Origin: a virus
Taxonomy: Duplodnaviria; Caudoviricetes
Length of the DNA: 27,544 nt
Reading direction: 5' to 3' (one strand)
IMG/VR virus record: IMGVR_UViG_3300005512_003411
Coordinates: 1-27,544 of that record
The position numbers and the translations under genes are program-made. A model generated the notes under the pieces. That model was given only the letters and a program-made list of their open reading frames with translations. It was not told where the DNA came from and did no database searches. Positions 24,601-27,544 of the stretch are shown here, one piece after another; position 1 is the first letter of the stretch, and each line of letters begins with the position of its first letter.

Positions 24601-25239
24601 ATGAGTGTATTCAACCACGAAAAGGAAGATTATATTCCTACCGAGCAAGTATCGAGCAAGTTTCCTATGAAAGGAATTGCACTTGGAGTGGGTATTTTGA
24701 TTGGTGTTTCACACATTGGATTACTTGGTTATGTTATAAACAAAGAGAAACCAGAACCAGTTCAACAACCTCCTACATTTAATCTTCCCCGTGGTCCTTA
24801 CTCATCATATAAAATTAGGGCTGGTAAAGAGGGATATGAAATTGAATATCGTGCAAATGATCCTAAGATTTTATCCTCAGAAAGAGGATTAGATCTTGAT
24901 AAATCAAAGAAAGGATTCTTTGGTGGATCATCTAGTGAAAAGAGAAATGAATATCGTCGTGATGAATATACAATGGAAGGCACACGCAATATGGGAGGTG
25001 CCGCAACGCAGGGTGAAGAGGGAAAGTCTGCAAAAGACATCGAGTGCATCGTGGCGGACGCTGGAGCACGGTCACAAGGTGCGATGGCAGGAACTAGTAT
25101 TGCTGCTGGTCTCGTCGTCCCAGCGGTCTCTAGCATCCCCTACGTTGGATGGTTAGCAGGTGGTTGGGCACTGCTCCTAGGACAACAAGCAGGTTCTGAA
25201 TTAGGATCACAAGTTGGTGAAGTAATTAACGATTGTTAA
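24601..25239 (+). CDS. Membrane protein with C-terminal glycine-zipper-like region
   Basis: N-terminal TM; GAMAGTSIAAG...GQQAGSELG flanked by two Cys. Confidence 0.75.
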   Translation: MSVFNHEKEDYIPTEQVSSKFPMKGIALGVGILIGVSHIGLLGYVINKEKPEPVQQPPTFNLPRGPYSSYKIRAGKEGYEIEYRANDPKILSSERGLDLDKSKKGFFGGSSSEKRNEYRRDEYTMEGTRNMGGAATQGEEGKSAKDIECIVADAGARSQGAMAGTSIAAGLVVPAVSSIPYVGWLAGGWALLLGQQAGSELGSQVGEVINDC

Positions 25240-25295
25240 TTGTAAAATTAAAATTGTATGAGTCTTGTTAAATAATAAAAACCTTGGAGGTTATC

Positions 25296-25409
25296 ATGGG
25301 TCAATCTGCTTATCGTAAGAGAATGAAGAAAGATGCATCAGATCAATTCTTTCTTTATGTTGCTTTTCATTCTGCTTGGACTGCTGTTATGAACTTTTTT
25401 AATGACTAA
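25296..25409 (+). CDS. Small hypothetical protein (37 aa, not in ORF track)
   Basis: GGAGG RBS; MGQSAYRKRMKKDASDQFFLYVAFHSAWTAVMNFFND; TAATG-coupled to next ORF. Confidence 0.65.
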   Translation: MGQSAYRKRMKKDASDQFFLYVAFHSAWTAVMNFFND

Positions 25410-26206
25410 TGGAAATACCTGAGATTAGAACTACAGATATTATGATATCTGATGTTGGAATACGTGAATTAAATATTCCACCAGTCAGAACTGTTTTTGA
25501 TGGAACTGCTCCATTAGTTCCAGCAGCACCTCCTGTAGTTCTAGAAGTTGGTTTACCTGTTGTTGATATTCCTGGTTGTGTAGAAGCACATGAGAAAAGT
25601 GATAAGAATGAGAATTTATTAGATGATGATCCAAAAGGAACAAAAACTTTTTGTGATGGACAAACACCCTCATTTGATCCTATTCAATATGAACCTGAAA
25701 GATTAGTTCCAACCAATCCAGCACCTGTTCCTAAAACAGAATCACCAGATAAACCTGCACCAGAAGTACCAAAAGCACCAGAAGTAAAACCACCACCAAT
25801 TAACACTGCAAAGATTGATTGCCCTACAAGAGAACAAGAACTAAAAAATCCTGTAGGGAAAATATTAAAAGGTAATGAAAAAATTACAGGATATGAATTG
25901 GTAGGAAAAGAATGTTTGATGGTAACAGAGAAACTTTCTATTCCTGATCAAATCATTGGTAACATACCCAATGCTGGTGCTATAACAACAACAGCATCAA
26001 TTGCTGTAGTCGCAACTACATCAGCACTTATGGCAAAACCGTTGGCAGATTTACTCTTACGAGTAGTCAAACCAACGGTTAAGAAAATTATTAAAAAGAT
26101 TGCTGCTATTCGTGGAAAGAAATCTCCTACTTTGTCTGTAAGGGACCGCCAAGATCAGCAGCGTTTGTACTCACACGCTTTGAGGAAGTTGAAGGGGAAG
26201 GAATAG
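25409..26206 (+). CDS. Pro-rich membrane-associated hypothetical protein
   Basis: 265 aa with four Cys, Pro-rich linker, hydrophobic segment and basic tail. Confidence 0.8.
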   Translation: MEIPEIRTTDIMISDVGIRELNIPPVRTVFDGTAPLVPAAPPVVLEVGLPVVDIPGCVEAHEKSDKNENLLDDDPKGTKTFCDGQTPSFDPIQYEPERLVPTNPAPVPKTESPDKPAPEVPKAPEVKPPPINTAKIDCPTREQELKNPVGKILKGNEKITGYELVGKECLMVTEKLSIPDQIIGNIPNAGAITTTASIAVVATTSALMAKPLADLLLRVVKPTVKKIIKKIAAIRGKKSPTLSVRDRQDQQRLYSHALRKLKGKE

Positions 26207-27011
26207 TATGACGATGTGGGGTAATATAATTTTTATCTCTTACTACTACATCAGCACATATTTTATAATAAGGGCTCTTGGGGTGAAACATGATACCATC
26301 TTTCATAAGTTGACCACAATTCTTGAGACGAGCAATCTCAAAGTCTAATCTCTTATTAGCAGTGAGTTGTTTCTGCAAATCAATATTTGTTTGTGCTGCT
26401 TCTTTACATTGATCTTGTAATTTTTTATCTAATGGTCGAGACCATGTAGCAGAAAAACCTAATGATAAATTATACGAATCTTTTTGTCCTGTTCTTGTTC
26501 TTTTTCTGAAAATAATATCTCCAGGATTATCTAATACACCATCTCCCATAGGATTTCCATCTGCGTCAAAAGCACCGAAATTGTCAGTAACATCATATAC
26601 TGGATCCATATAAAAAGGTTCATATGGTTTTTGTGCAGATACTGCACCAGTCACATATGGTGTTAGATTTAACGTAGGACCCTGACACTGGATCCCTGCC
26701 CCGTATGTATTCGTAATATACGGACCCTGGAGGACCTGGATTGCCTGGTTAGTAACAGACCCTGAAGAGTTAGCAACAGGAGAAGCGGTAGCACTGACGC
26801 CACCAACAGTTTCTGCATTTGCGGGGAGAGTAAAGAGTAAAGAAATTACTGCTGGAAGATACTTGTAGTGTCGGTTATACTTGTTACTTCTGTTTCTCTT
26901 TGAATGATTGTGTGATTCTGAAGTCCTGGTCCCGAATAAGTTTCTGTAAACTGGAACGCAGCTCCTGGTGTTGTTTGTACGAATTTTGGTGTTTCCGTTA
27001 CTCCTGTCCAT
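26127..27011 (-). CDS. Secreted-type hypothetical protein, start uncertain
   Basis: Signal-peptide-like KYLPAVISLLFTLPANA near 26865-26815; the only ATG is 166 nt inside the upstream gene. Confidence 0.7.
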   Translation of the reverse strand: MDRSNGNTKIRTNNTRSCVPVYRNLFGTRTSESHNHSKRNRSNKYNRHYKYLPAVISLLFTLPANAETVGGVSATASPVANSSGSVTNQAIQVLQGPYITNTYGAGIQCQGPTLNLTPYVTGAVSAQKPYEPFYMDPVYDVTDNFGAFDADGNPMGDGVLDNPGDIIFRKRTRTGQKDSYNLSLGFSATWSRPLDKKLQDQCKEAAQTNIDLQKQLTANKRLDFEIARLKNCGQLMKDGIMFHPKSPYYKICADVVVRDKNYITPHRHTIPSPSTSSKRVSTNAADLGGPLQTK

Positions 27012-27268
27012 GTCGAATTCACTCCGTTTATGGTTACATTTGAGGAACCTGTTGTAGGACTTAAGGTTCCGTTTACTGGTTCAACACCAGATCCTGTAGA
27101 TGAATATTGATATCCAGTGCTATAGTCCATCGAGTTGATGGTTTCTGTGATTTTTTGTGTTGTCTCTGTGTGGCTTGTCATTGATCCCTGTGTAAAGTTA
27201 GGGACCACTGGGACCGCCATCGCACTTGGAGATCCCAGCAACAATGCCACGAAAAGTAATCTTTTCAT
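26846..27268 (-). CDS. Secreted Thr-rich hypothetical protein
   Basis: Signal peptide MKRLLFVALLLGSPSAMA; T/S/G-rich beta-type composition. Confidence 0.8.
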   Translation of the reverse strand: MKRLLFVALLLGSPSAMAVPVVPNFTQGSMTSHTETTQKITETINSMDYSTGYQYSSTGSGVEPVNGTLSPTTGSSNVTINGVNSTWTGVTETPKFVQTTPGAAFQFTETYSGPGLQNHTIIQRETEVTSITDTTSIFQQ

Positions 27269-27279
27269 GATTATATGTA

Positions 27280-27543
27280 TCAGTCGATAACAGTGATTTC
27301 TGTAACAAATTGTCCTGTACCAACAGTACCAGCACCACCAGCTGTCAGTGACATTGTGTGAGCATTGTCAATGGTGCCTGCCAGTGATCCAGCAGTTCCA
27401 GCTGTATAAGCAGTAACATTGGAGAAGTTTGGTGTATCTCCTGTTGTTACAGCAGCAGAAGGAACAGCATCACCTTGAGTGTATGTAGCAGTGAAGGAGA
27501 ACGCATCACCGTCTGTTGCCTGTGTTGCTGTGATAGTGGATGT
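27280..27543 (-). CDS. Thr/Gly/Ala-rich hypothetical protein (5' end outside window)
   Basis: Open frame TSTITATQATDGDAFSFTATYTQGD...GQFVTEITVID*. Confidence 0.75.
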   Translation of the reverse strand, partial: TSTITATQATDGDAFSFTATYTQGDAVPSAAVTTGDTPNFSNVTAYTAGTAGSLAGTIDNAHTMSLTAGGAGTVGTGQFVTEITVID

Positions 27544-27544
27544 A

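Overview
AT-rich segment of a T4-like marine cyanophage (cyanomyovirus) genome; nearly all genes are on the + strand. (1) 1-3460 is a tRNA/ncRNA region with tRNA-Val(TAC), Ser(TGA), Ile(TAT) and a CAT tRNA, an anticodon-less tRNA-Pro-like remnant, an HNH endonuclease, a Phd/YefM-like ORF, talC, and a structured RNA of three repeated pseudoknot-like modules interrupted by a protein-coding gene. (2) 3532-18334 is an 18-gene glycan biosynthesis/modification cluster: 4 SDR epimerases, an RfbH-like 3-dehydratase, 9 glycosyltransferases plus a GT-associated DUF5672-like protein, 2 methyltransferases and a 2OG-Fe(II) oxygenase. (3) 18340-20434 holds two small outer-membrane beta-protein paralogues and pstS, with a candidate Pho box and a structured leader. 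(4) 20463-27544 holds two hli genes, a lysozyme-like protein, an HExxH protein, a thermonuclease and many small membrane/secreted proteins, ending in a convergent minus-strand module. All calls come from motif recognition by eye; no searches were run.
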